In this document: one piece after another, positions 56,722 to 64,000 of the stretch
How the letters are laid out: the number at the start of each line of letters is the position of its first letter
Numbering within the stretch: position 1 is the stretch's first letter
NCBI GenBank assembly: GCA_965603125.1
Contig: CBFDBU010000008.1
Coordinates: 30,929-94,928 of the forward strand
Source of the DNA: an uncultured bacterium
GTDB taxonomy: Bacteria; Zixibacteria; MSB-5A5; GN15; FEB-12
Reading direction: 5' to 3'
DNA: 64,000 nt
Translations under genes and position numbers: made by a program
Notes under the pieces: model-generated
Databases searched by the model: none
What the model saw: the letters and a program-made list of their open reading frames with translations, nothing else
Told to the model about the DNA's origin: nothing

Positions 56722-57732
56722 ATGAATATCGGGATAATCGGTTGCGGTTACTGGGGGCCGAATCTGGTACGGAACTTCAATGCTCTCGATGACGTCACCG
56801 TCGCGGCCGTAAGTGACGTGAGAAAGGAGCGGCTGGAATATATCGGCCGGCAGTTCCCGGCTGTTGGAGTGCTGACCACCGACGCCGGCGACATCCTTCG
56901 CTCACCGAATATAGACGCTGTGGTCATCGCCACGGCGGTGTCCAGTCATTTTCCGCTTGGCATGGAAGCCCTTTCCAACGGTAAACACCTGTTCATGGAG
57001 AAGCCGTTCACAGCCACGGTGGAGCAGGCCCGGCAGTTGATTGAACTGGCAGAGCGGAAAAACCTGCGTGTGATGGTCGACCATACCTTTGTCTACACCG
57101 GCGCGATCGAGACGATAAAACAATTCATCGATTCGGGGCAGTTAGGGGAGATGTATTATTTCGATTCGGTGCGGGTGAACCTCGGTCTCTTTCAGCACGA
57201 TGTCAACGTTATCTGGGATCTGGCTCCGCACGATGTTTCAATCATGGACTACCTGCTGGGGCGCGAGCCAAGAGCGATCGCGGCCACGGGCGTGGCCCAT
57301 TTTGAGAGCGATATCGAGAACATCGCCTACATCTCCACCTACTATGACAACAACCTGTTGGGGCACATCCACGTCAACTGGCTGGCGCCGGTGAAAGTGC
57401 GCAAGACGCTTATCTCGGGATCCAGGAAAATGATCATCTATGACGACATGGAACCCTCCGAGAAAGTAAAGGTGTACGATCGCGGCGTTGAAGTTGTCCA
57501 CGACCGCAACCAGATCTATGATATCCTGATTCAGTACCGAACGGGAGACATGCTGGCGCCGAGGATCGACCTGACCGAGGCTCTCAAGAAGGTCACTCGC
57601 GAGTTCTATGACGCTGTTCATGAGAGCCGTCCGGCAAGAACCGACGGCCTTGCCGGTCTGCGGGTGGTAAGGATTCTGGAGGCGGCCAACCGGTCAATCA
57701 GAGACGGCGGCCGGGTCGTCAGGCTGGATTGA
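56722..57732 (+). CDS. Gfo/Idh/MocA-family NAD-dependent sugar (nucleotide-sugar) dehydrogenase
   Basis: MNIGIIGCGYWGPNLVRNF Rossmann start, EKPFTATVEQARQL and a WbpB-like layout. Confidence 0.8.
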   Translation: MNIGIIGCGYWGPNLVRNFNALDDVTVAAVSDVRKERLEYIGRQFPAVGVLTTDAGDILRSPNIDAVVIATAVSSHFPLGMEALSNGKHLFMEKPFTATVEQARQLIELAERKNLRVMVDHTFVYTGAIETIKQFIDSGQLGEMYYFDSVRVNLGLFQHDVNVIWDLAPHDVSIMDYLLGREPRAIAATGVAHFESDIENIAYISTYYDNNLLGHIHVNWLAPVKVRKTLISGSRKMIIYDDMEPSEKVKVYDRGVEVVHDRNQIYDILIQYRTGDMLAPRIDLTEALKKVTREFYDAVHESRPARTDGLAGLRVVRILEAANRSIRDGGRVVRLD

Positions 57733-57733
57733 T

Positions 57734-58339
57734 ATGGCAGGGAAAAGCTTCTTCGCGCATCCGACGGCTCTCGTTCACAGTGAGTATATCGGGACGGGGA
57801 CCCGCATCTGGGCCTTCTGCAATGTTCAGGAGAAGGCAGTCATCGGCGCCAACTGCAATATAGGCGATCACTGCTTTATCGAGAATAATGTTCGCATAGG
57901 GGATCGCGTGACGGTCAAGAACGGTGTGTCGCTGTGGGACGGCGTGGTCGTGGAGGATGATGTGTTCATCGGGCCGAATGCCGTATTCACCAATGATATC
58001 TATCCCCGGAGCAGGGTTCACCACGATGAGCCTGATAGAACGCTTGTCGGGAGAGGCGCTACCATCGGCGCCAACGCCACCGTTGTGGCGGGGCACACTG
58101 TCGGGCGGTATGCTTTTATCGGAGCCGGGGCCGTGTTGACCGGAGACGCGCCTGATTATACACTATGGCTGGGTAATCCTGCCCGCCTGGCAGGCTATGT
58201 CTGCATGTGTGCCGAGCGGCTCGTCTTTGGCGAGAGTGTGGATACAACCGGTACCTCGACCGTCTGCGCATGCGGGCGAAAGTACCGGCTTGTCGACGGC
58301 GCTGTTGTGCCGGACCCCGATTCAGTACAGGGGGATTGA
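57734..58339 (+). CDS. left-handed beta-helix (hexapeptide) N-acetyltransferase, WxcM/FdtC/WbpD-like
   Basis: IGTGTRIWAFCNVQEKAVIGANCNIGDHCFIENNVRIGDRVTVKNGVSLWDGVVVEDDVFIGPNAVFTND hexapeptide repeats. Confidence 0.8.
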   Translation: MAGKSFFAHPTALVHSEYIGTGTRIWAFCNVQEKAVIGANCNIGDHCFIENNVRIGDRVTVKNGVSLWDGVVVEDDVFIGPNAVFTNDIYPRSRVHHDEPDRTLVGRGATIGANATVVAGHTVGRYAFIGAGAVLTGDAPDYTLWLGNPARLAGYVCMCAERLVFGESVDTTGTSTVCACGRKYRLVDGAVVPDPDSVQGD

Positions 58340-59053
58340 TTGACCGGTAAGCTTCTCGTCACCGTTCTGACTTATAACGAGGGGGAGAAACTCAAGGCTC
58401 TCGTCGACCGGTTTTCGGATGCACAGAATTACCAACTTCTGTTTGTCGATGACGGCTCCACCGATACCACAGCCACCTTCCTATATGACCAGGGGTACGA
58501 GGTCATCTGCCACGACCACAATCGAGGTGTGGGAGCAGGAATCAGAACGGCCGTCCACTGGGCTCGCTCGCGCGGTTTCGAAATCATTGTCATCATGGCT
58601 GGCAACGGCAAGATGCAACCGGAGGAAATCCCCCGCCTGGTTCGGCCAATCGTGGAAAACCAAGCGGACTACGTGCAAGGTTCACGGTATCTCGAGGGCG
58701 CACGGTCGCCCAATCTGCCTCTTTTCAGGAAGATCATGATCCGGTTATTCACGACCATCGTGAATCTAGCCACGGGCTTCAAGGGAACCGACCTCACCTG
58801 CGGTTTTCGGGCCTATCGGCTCGACCTTTTCGACCATAGCGACATAGATATAGACCAGGATTGGCTGGATCGCTATGAAATGGAGTATTACATACACTAC
58901 AAGGCGCTCAAACACCGGTTTCGAGTGGTCGAGGCCGCCGTGTCGATGGTCTATCCATCTGAAGGCAAAGACTACTCCAAGATAAAGCCGTTTGTGGGCT
59001 GGTGGTCGATGATCCGGCCGTGGGTGTTTCTGCTGCTTCGCTTGAGGAAGTAG
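58340..59053 (+). CDS. glycosyltransferase family 2 (polyprenol-phosphate sugar synthase-like)
   Basis: LLVTVLTYNEGEKL...LFVDDGSTDTT...IMAGNGKMQPEEI. TTG start directly after the upstream stop. Confidence 0.8.
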   Translation: MTGKLLVTVLTYNEGEKLKALVDRFSDAQNYQLLFVDDGSTDTTATFLYDQGYEVICHDHNRGVGAGIRTAVHWARSRGFEIIVIMAGNGKMQPEEIPRLVRPIVENQADYVQGSRYLEGARSPNLPLFRKIMIRLFTTIVNLATGFKGTDLTCGFRAYRLDLFDHSDIDIDQDWLDRYEMEYYIHYKALKHRFRVVEAAVSMVYPSEGKDYSKIKPFVGWWSMIRPWVFLLLRLRK

Positions 59054-59181
59054 AGCCACGACCCCTGGTCACGCCCGCAGCCTGCCTGCGGGTGCCGAAA
59101 TTTCACGCTCGCGCTTAAGCGAATCCCACCGAGAAATTCAAACTTGACACTATAATCAGCGGTGGATATTGTAAATTTGTC

Positions 59182-59709
59182 ATGAAAAAAGCAATTGTCG
59201 CCATATGTCTTCTGATTATCGTTGCCGGCGTCACCTATGTGAAGGTAGTGCGGGGAACGGCTCAGAGGCAGATTTCATGGGATGAGGGTAGGAAAGAAGC
59301 CACAGGGGAACTTCTTGCTTACCGGCAGGCGGTGGATTCACTTCAGTATCTTATTGAACAACAGGAGGTTGCCTTCCGCGATTCGCTCTCTCATCGGGAT
59401 TCCACCTATCAAGCCGGCATTGACTCTCTGATGATAGTCCTGGACTCAATGTGGGCGCAGACCGACGGGGAGGTTGATTCCACCGAAGGGGAGTCGGGAA
59501 CACCAACCGATGCTGAGATTGCTGATGATGCCGTCCACAGGGAAATAATCGCATACTATGAGAAACTCTACCAGGAACTTCCCAATGACCTTTCCGTCTA
59601 CGAGCGTAAAGTAGCGTTGCACGAGATCAGGTTGGAGACGGCGCAAAATTTCTCGATATCGCTCAACGAACTTAAAGCGCTACGTTCTCGATATGAACTA
59701 ACCTATTGA
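59182..59709 (+). CDS. hypothetical membrane-anchored coiled-coil protein
   Basis: N-terminal anchor MKKAIVAICLLIIVAGVTYV. The rest is acidic and helical. No recognised motif. Confidence 0.5.
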   Translation: MKKAIVAICLLIIVAGVTYVKVVRGTAQRQISWDEGRKEATGELLAYRQAVDSLQYLIEQQEVAFRDSLSHRDSTYQAGIDSLMIVLDSMWAQTDGEVDSTEGESGTPTDAEIADDAVHREIIAYYEKLYQELPNDLSVYERKVALHEIRLETAQNFSISLNELKALRSRYELTY

Positions 59710-59725
59710 GACAGTAAGTATTGGA

Positions 59726-60043
59726 ATGGCTTCCAAGAAAGAACACGATTTCGCTGAAGTTCTCGTGGACAAGCTGTTCCTGGAGTCATTTGCAAACGAG
59801 CAGTCTCCGTACTACAGCAGTGGAATGGATGGTTCACAGGGGCCAGCGCTGGACAAGTTCCGAAGTCGACTCCGATGGCATGTGGACAACTCACTCTCGC
59901 GCCGTCAGAAACAGGTGATACGGCATTACCTCAGCGGAAGGAAAGAGCGCGAAATCGCCTCCATTCTGGGGATAACTCAGCAGGTGGTCAATATCTATAA
60001 ACACAGGGCTATCAGGAGATTACAGAAGATAATGGTCTCTTAG
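59726..60043 (+). CDS. small sigma-70 region-4-like HTH protein
   Basis: LSRRQKQVIRHYLSGRKEREIASILGITQQVVNIYKHRAIRRLQKIM resembles sigma70_r4/LuxR-type HTH. No region 2 is present. Confidence 0.6.
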   Translation: MASKKEHDFAEVLVDKLFLESFANEQSPYYSSGMDGSQGPALDKFRSRLRWHVDNSLSRRQKQVIRHYLSGRKEREIASILGITQQVVNIYKHRAIRRLQKIMVS

Positions 60044-60250
60044 GTGTATGTCAAAAACCTACTATATAGAGAGCCGTTTTGCAGATAGATAACGGTGTAA
60101 GCGGTATTGTCAAAGCGGTCGGCGTTCATGCCGTTTCTTAAAGGAGGTGATAGGCGTATAACTGAGCATCTCATGTTTCCTCACCGCCATGATAGTAGCG
60201 AGTACTGGTAAGCAGTACGTGAGGGGGGAAGACATGCGAGGAGATGCAAA

Positions 60251-60421
60251 ATGCCGAAGAGAAAAGGAAAACAGAAGTTCGCCAAGTTGGGTGAGAAGGA
60301 CTGCTGGCATTTGTATGGACTGCAGGTGCTGACGCCAACCAAATTTACGCGCGTCGTGGAAAAGATCCTTCGGGGCCACTACGCGTTGATTAGTTCCCGA
60401 TTCGAGGAGCGTGCCCAGTAG
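60251..60421 (+). CDS. small basic hypothetical protein (56 aa)
   Basis: GAGGAG lies about 8 nt upstream of the ATG. MPKRKGKQKFAKLGEKDCWHLYGLQVL... It is followed about 70 nt later by a terminator-like hairpin plus T tract. It is below the length cutoff of the ORF track. Confidence 0.3.
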   Translation: MPKRKGKQKFAKLGEKDCWHLYGLQVLTPTKFTRVVEKILRGHYALISSRFEERAQ

Positions 60422-60490
60422 ATCCATCCGGACTGATCTCGGTACGGATTGTTACCAGTTCCTTGAACCCTGTGGGCGAACCGAAAAATG

Positions 60491-60529
60491 ACGCGGGAGC
60501 CACTATGCGGTGGGTCCCGTTTTCTTTTT
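60491..60529 (+). terminator. rho-independent terminator candidate
   Basis: ACGCGGGAGCCAC-tatgcg-GTGGGTCCCGT (imperfect ~10-bp stem) followed by TTTTCTTTTT. Confidence 0.5.
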
Positions 60530-60820
60530 GAGTGTTGCACGTTCATCTGTGCCCGGTTGAGGGTTACTTGATGCCCAAACCGCCCGATTCCCGCAAGAGC
60601 CGCTCGATTCCACTTGACAGCCGGTCTGCCTGACTTTTCATTCCGCCTCAACGGCCGCCGTACCAAGCCGGGGCCTGTTGCGAGGAAGCTCATACGAGTT
60701 GACGGCCCCGTGGGGGCAGCAACCGGTTTGGGCTTCACTCTAATAAGCAGTGGTGGTATTTTCGAGCAAACGGCAAGGTGCCTTGATGGTATAAGCGGTT
60801 AAGTGTTTAGACGGACATTC

Positions 60821-61339
60821 ATGGTATTCAAGCAGGCTGTACTTCTCGTGGTTGTGACCTCAGTGCTTGCCTTCGGGGTCAACCTGATTTCACCAAATGC
60901 GATTCCGTACATCGGCAACTACCGGTCTTTGTATACCGGTTCCGGCCCGATTGTCCCCCCTGAGGCTCAACTGGGTGATCCGCCTTTTATTGCAGTCGAT
61001 GTCGCCGAATTGGATTTCAGTTCCGGTGAGGCTGTCTTTGTGGACTCCCGCGAACCCCACGAGTATGACTGCGGCACGATACCGGGAGCGATATGCATTC
61101 CCTTCGACTTCCTGCCCGAAGGTGACCTTGCCCCCTATTTTGATTCGGCGCTGGGTTATGTCAGCCGGGACAGTCGGATCGTGACGTTCTGTTCCGGGGA
61201 GGAATGTGACCTGTCGCTGCATCTGGCCAGGAACATGCAGGATGTGGGCTATACCAACGTGGTGATCTTTTTTGGAGGCTCACGGGAATGGGAGAAGTAT
61301 GAACTCCCTGTTCAACGGAGAATACAGTGCGACGAGTAA
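60821..61339 (+). CDS. membrane-anchored rhodanese-domain protein
   Basis: Anchor MVFKQAVLLVVVTSVLAFGV. Rhodanese core VDSREPHEYDCGTIPGAICIP...IVTFCSGEECDLS (active-site Cys loop). The track start GTG 60803 is an alternative. Confidence 0.75.
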   Translation: MVFKQAVLLVVVTSVLAFGVNLISPNAIPYIGNYRSLYTGSGPIVPPEAQLGDPPFIAVDVAELDFSSGEAVFVDSREPHEYDCGTIPGAICIPFDFLPEGDLAPYFDSALGYVSRDSRIVTFCSGEECDLSLHLARNMQDVGYTNVVIFFGGSREWEKYELPVQRRIQCDE

Positions 61340-61773
61340 TCGATCACGATCTCATTACACTGGTTGTTCGTCTGGTGGTGGGCGTCACTTTCATCATTGC
61401 CTCCTATTACAAGATAGTCGAGCCGGCCTCTTTTGCCCGGTCAATCTGGTACTACCATATGGTGCCGGGGGTGCTTATCAACCTCATGTCCCTGTTCCTG
61501 CCGTGGCTGGAGTTGGTCTGCGGCATCTGCCTGGTTCTTGGCGTCTGCTACCGGGGAGCGGTTACGCTTGTCAACCTGATGGTCCTGGTGTTTCTTGTCG
61601 CCCTGTCTACAGCCATCGCCCGGGGGATCAACATAGACTGCGGTTGTTTCAAGGCGGCTCAGGTCTCAAGCGAATCGGCCTGGGAGGCGCTCTGGTTCGA
61701 CCTGGGGCTGATTGTGCTTACTCTCCAACTGCTGTTCAGCCGTTCCCGTCGATGGATGCTGACGCGGACGTGA
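61327..61773 (+). CDS. MauE/DoxX-family membrane protein
   Basis: Four TM segments, LVVRLVVGVTFIIASYYKI...INIDCGCF (the CGCF motif typical of MauE). It overlaps the rhodanese gene end. Confidence 0.7.
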   Translation: MRRVIDHDLITLVVRLVVGVTFIIASYYKIVEPASFARSIWYYHMVPGVLINLMSLFLPWLELVCGICLVLGVCYRGAVTLVNLMVLVFLVALSTAIARGINIDCGCFKAAQVSSESAWEALWFDLGLIVLTLQLLFSRSRRWMLTRT

Positions 61774-63087
61774 TCAGGGGACTATCCGCGGCGTAATAAG
61801 AATAAGCAGATCCGTATTAACCTTCTCCTTCGACCGGCTGGTAAAGAGCAGTTTGCCGAGCAATGGAATGCGCCCCAGCAGCGGTACTTTCTGTTCCTGA
61901 ACAATCTCGGTTTCTTTGAGAAGTCCGCCCAGGGCGACGGTCTCGCCGTCCCTGACGGTGACTCGCGTTCTTACGGATCTGCTGGCGGTAATCGGTTTCT
62001 GGTTGTCGGGTGGACCGGCGAAACCGATGATATCTTCCACCTCGGAATAAGCGTCAAGCGTTATGCGGTCGGCGTCGTCTATGCGCGGGGTGACTTTCAG
62101 GTAGATTCCGATCTCTTCGTCCTGGAAGGTGACGATATCCTGAATCGTGACGCCCTCGGTAAAGCGGCTGAGAGTGGCAATGGGGATAATTGTCTGGACT
62201 CGTATTTCCGCTTCATGGTTCTCCAGGGTTGTAATGTGGGGATCGGACACGAGCCTGCTGTTGCCGCGCTGATCGAGCAGGTTCAGGACAGCCGTGACCT
62301 GGTTAACGGTCAGGGTACCCCAGGTCCAGCGGCCGGTTGACGGGTTATAGCTTGCGGCCGTGTTTTCCAGTGTCGCCTGGTATGACTCCGTTTCCGTGTC
62401 TGATTCCGTGCTCTCCGAGATGGTCTGCACGCCTGCGCCCAGGTCGGCCGCGATTGCCATCGGCCACGTGAGGCCGAGCTTCGACTTGCTGTCCAGCGTG
62501 GTCTCTATGATCTTGACTTCGATTGAGACCAGGCGCTCAGGTTTGTCGATCCGGCGTACAATCTCCAGCAGATCGCCTATCACTTCCGGTAGATCGGTAA
62601 TCATGATCCTGTTCGGTGTGTACGTTCTGGAGCTGCCGGTCGCCTCGGCGTCGTTGTCCAGAATCACCGTCTTGCCCTTGACGGTCAGTCGGGACTGCAG
62701 CGCTCTCTGAACGGTGGCCGGTTCTGCATGCCGGAGCGTGATCGTGCGCGACACGAGTTCGCCGACGGCATCGAGGTCAACCGGTTTAATTATGAGCACG
62801 TCGTTGCGGACGTAGTAGTTGTATCCGTTGGGCATCAGGATCGCCTCCAGGGCGGATGCTATATCGACGTTATTCAGCCTCAGCGTCACTTCACCCTGAA
62901 CGTCCCCGGGAATGACGATATTAAGCTCGTTCTGCTCGGCGATCATCCTCAGGACGGTCGGGAGGGGCACCGCCTCAAGCTGGAGCGTCAGCCTTTCGGT
63001 TGTGTCAAGCGGTCTTTCGGCAACAGCGGTAGCCGCTGCCAGCAGCAACACAAGAATCAGCGCTCTTGAGATTGTCTTTCGTCTCAT
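61774..63087 (-). CDS. pilQ: secretin (type IV pilus PilQ / GspD family)
   Basis: Signal peptide, an N-terminal secretin-N-type domain (LEAVPLPTVLRMIAEQNELNIVIP) and the C-terminal secretin signature GGLLKETEIVQEQKVPLLGRIPLLGKLLFTSRS...LLILITPRIV. Confidence 0.85.
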   Translation of the reverse strand: MRRKTISRALILVLLLAAATAVAERPLDTTERLTLQLEAVPLPTVLRMIAEQNELNIVIPGDVQGEVTLRLNNVDIASALEAILMPNGYNYYVRNDVLIIKPVDLDAVGELVSRTITLRHAEPATVQRALQSRLTVKGKTVILDNDAEATGSSRTYTPNRIMITDLPEVIGDLLEIVRRIDKPERLVSIEVKIIETTLDSKSKLGLTWPMAIAADLGAGVQTISESTESDTETESYQATLENTAASYNPSTGRWTWGTLTVNQVTAVLNLLDQRGNSRLVSDPHITTLENHEAEIRVQTIIPIATLSRFTEGVTIQDIVTFQDEEIGIYLKVTPRIDDADRITLDAYSEVEDIIGFAGPPDNQKPITASRSVRTRVTVRDGETVALGGLLKETEIVQEQKVPLLGRIPLLGKLLFTSRSKEKVNTDLLILITPRIVP

Positions 63088-63090
63088 ATT

Positions 63091-63546
63091 CTAACCCTTG
63101 GATACAGTCAGCGTGAATTGCTTCCCCTTGTGTTCAAGCGTGGCCGTCTTGCGACCGATTGCGATCACTCGCGCATTGCCGACCGTGTCGCCCAATCGAA
63201 CCATCTGCTTGTTGATGATTGCCATCGGACTGCGAGTGCTGTATGCGATGCCGTCCAATACCCAGACGAGGTTGTTCGGTCGGGGTGCAAGCGCAGATGC
63301 AGGCGTCACCCTGGCGCGGAACGGGTCAGCCCCCCACGGCGCGGACATCATGTCATCGGTGACAATCAGTTGGGCCGATGAGCGAGGAGAGGCTGCCGAG
63401 TGGATCGCCGCACTGACGTTTGTGGCCTGTTGCTGCTCGTAAGTTATCCGTGGCCGGTCGTCTCCTGTGAGGAGGTTGTATGCGCCGTAGATGATGGCCG
63501 CAATGAAGCAGGCGTACACTACTTTCTTGCGCGTGTTCTCGCTCAC
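63091..63546 (-). CDS. PilP/GspC-like pilus assembly protein
   Basis: GTG 63546 with GGAGG 4 nt upstream. TM anchor VVYACFIAAIIYGAY. C-terminal beta domain LDGIAYSTRSPMAIINKQMVRLGDTVGNARVIAIGRKTATLEHKGKQFTL. The position is between the pilO-like and pilQ genes. Confidence 0.55.
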   Translation of the reverse strand: MSENTRKKVVYACFIAAIIYGAYNLLTGDDRPRITYEQQQATNVSAAIHSAASPRSSAQLIVTDDMMSAPWGADPFRARVTPASALAPRPNNLVWVLDGIAYSTRSPMAIINKQMVRLGDTVGNARVIAIGRKTATLEHKGKQFTLTVSKG

Positions 63547-64000
63547 GTTTCCTCCACAAAACTGCCGAGGAGCGCTCTGAATCCGATCCTGAACGTGGTC
63601 TCGTGATTGACGTCCGGTGAGGCGGCGATACGGCAACCGTTTATTCCCCGGAAGAACTCCGCTGTTTCCAGGAAACCGACGTATTTCCCGAAATCCACGT
63701 AATTGCCGGTGAGTTCGAGCTGGATATTCAGAAACCCGGGCTGCGTGGAATCGACGACCATGCTGTTGAGAAGCAGCAGTTCCTCCACGGGTGGCGAGAC
63801 ATCGGTGACGGTGAGATTCCGTCCGCCTGCTTCCTGCTGCAGTTGATCGAGCAGTTTGAGCACGCAGTTCTTGGCATAGAGGTGCGAGTGGAGGTCACTC
63901 CTGGCCTTGAGGAGTCGCTTTCGGGCCGCCACGAATCCGGGCAGTTCGCTGATCGTCCGCCTGAAATCGGTTAACTGCCGTTCGGCTTCGTCTATCCGGG
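63543..64000 (-). CDS. PilO-like pilus assembly protein, 5' end outside window
   Basis: The frame stays open to nt 64000 (RIDEAERQLTDFRRTISELPGF...), so the track start at 63932 is an internal GTG. There is a coiled-coil N-part and a C-terminal LELTGNYVDFGKYVGFLE pattern as in PilO. Confidence 0.55.
   Translation of the reverse strand, partial: RIDEAERQLTDFRRTISELPGFVAARKRLLKARSDLHSHLYAKNCVLKLLDQLQQEAGGRNLTVTDVSPPVEELLLLNSMVVDSTQPGFLNIQLELTGNYVDFGKYVGFLETAEFFRGINGCRIAASPDVNHETTFRIGFRALLGSFVEET

Overview
This is a GC-rich bacterial chromosomal segment with no rRNA genes and no CRISPR array. A fused lpxC-fabZ gene, FlgD-Ig/T9SS-like C-terminal sorting domains and dockerin-like CCxxRGDV tails point to an uncultured FCB-type lineage; that placement is inference only. 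1-11 kb: a partial histidine kinase and an NtrC-type sigma54 activator precede two copies of a ~455-bp cassette. Each cassette carries a dyad, a perfect TGGCAC-N5-TTGC promoter, a leader and the 5' part of a small Cys-rich ORF. Copy 1 sits in front of glutamate dehydrogenase. Copy 2 sits in front of a NuoE-like gene, a NuoF::GltD fusion, a 2Fe-2S/4Fe-4S ferredoxin and an FMN-only glutamate-synthase-family gene. 11.5-36 kb: an accessory, surface-protein-rich region interrupted by housekeeping glnS. It holds a TPR-CHAT protein, head-to-head gene fragments and a tail-fibre-like protein with an S74-type C-terminal chaperone domain plus a dockerin-like partner. It also holds a ~2.9-kb tandem duplication of an ~870-aa secreted protein, a decapitated third copy, a 400-aa gene carrying the same C-terminal cassette, and a divergent 874-aa paralogue. 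These are split by tRNA-Leu(CAG) and by integrase and IS256 transposase fragments. 36-64 kb: mostly core genes. These are mazG, valS, a CPBP protease, lpxC-fabZ, lpxA, an FMN-riboswitch-controlled ribD-ribE-ribBA-ribH-nusB operon, an envelope glycosylation cluster (DUF2723, GT4, LPG-synthase-TM-like, GT39-like, sugar dehydrogenase, acetyltransferase, GT2), a rhodanese-MauE pair, and pilO/P/Q-like genes running off the right edge. Intergenic regions carry a family of GCAGAC...GTCTGC hairpins and a two-copy 68-nt composite palindromic element. All functional calls come from motifs read by eye in the supplied translations; no database search was run.
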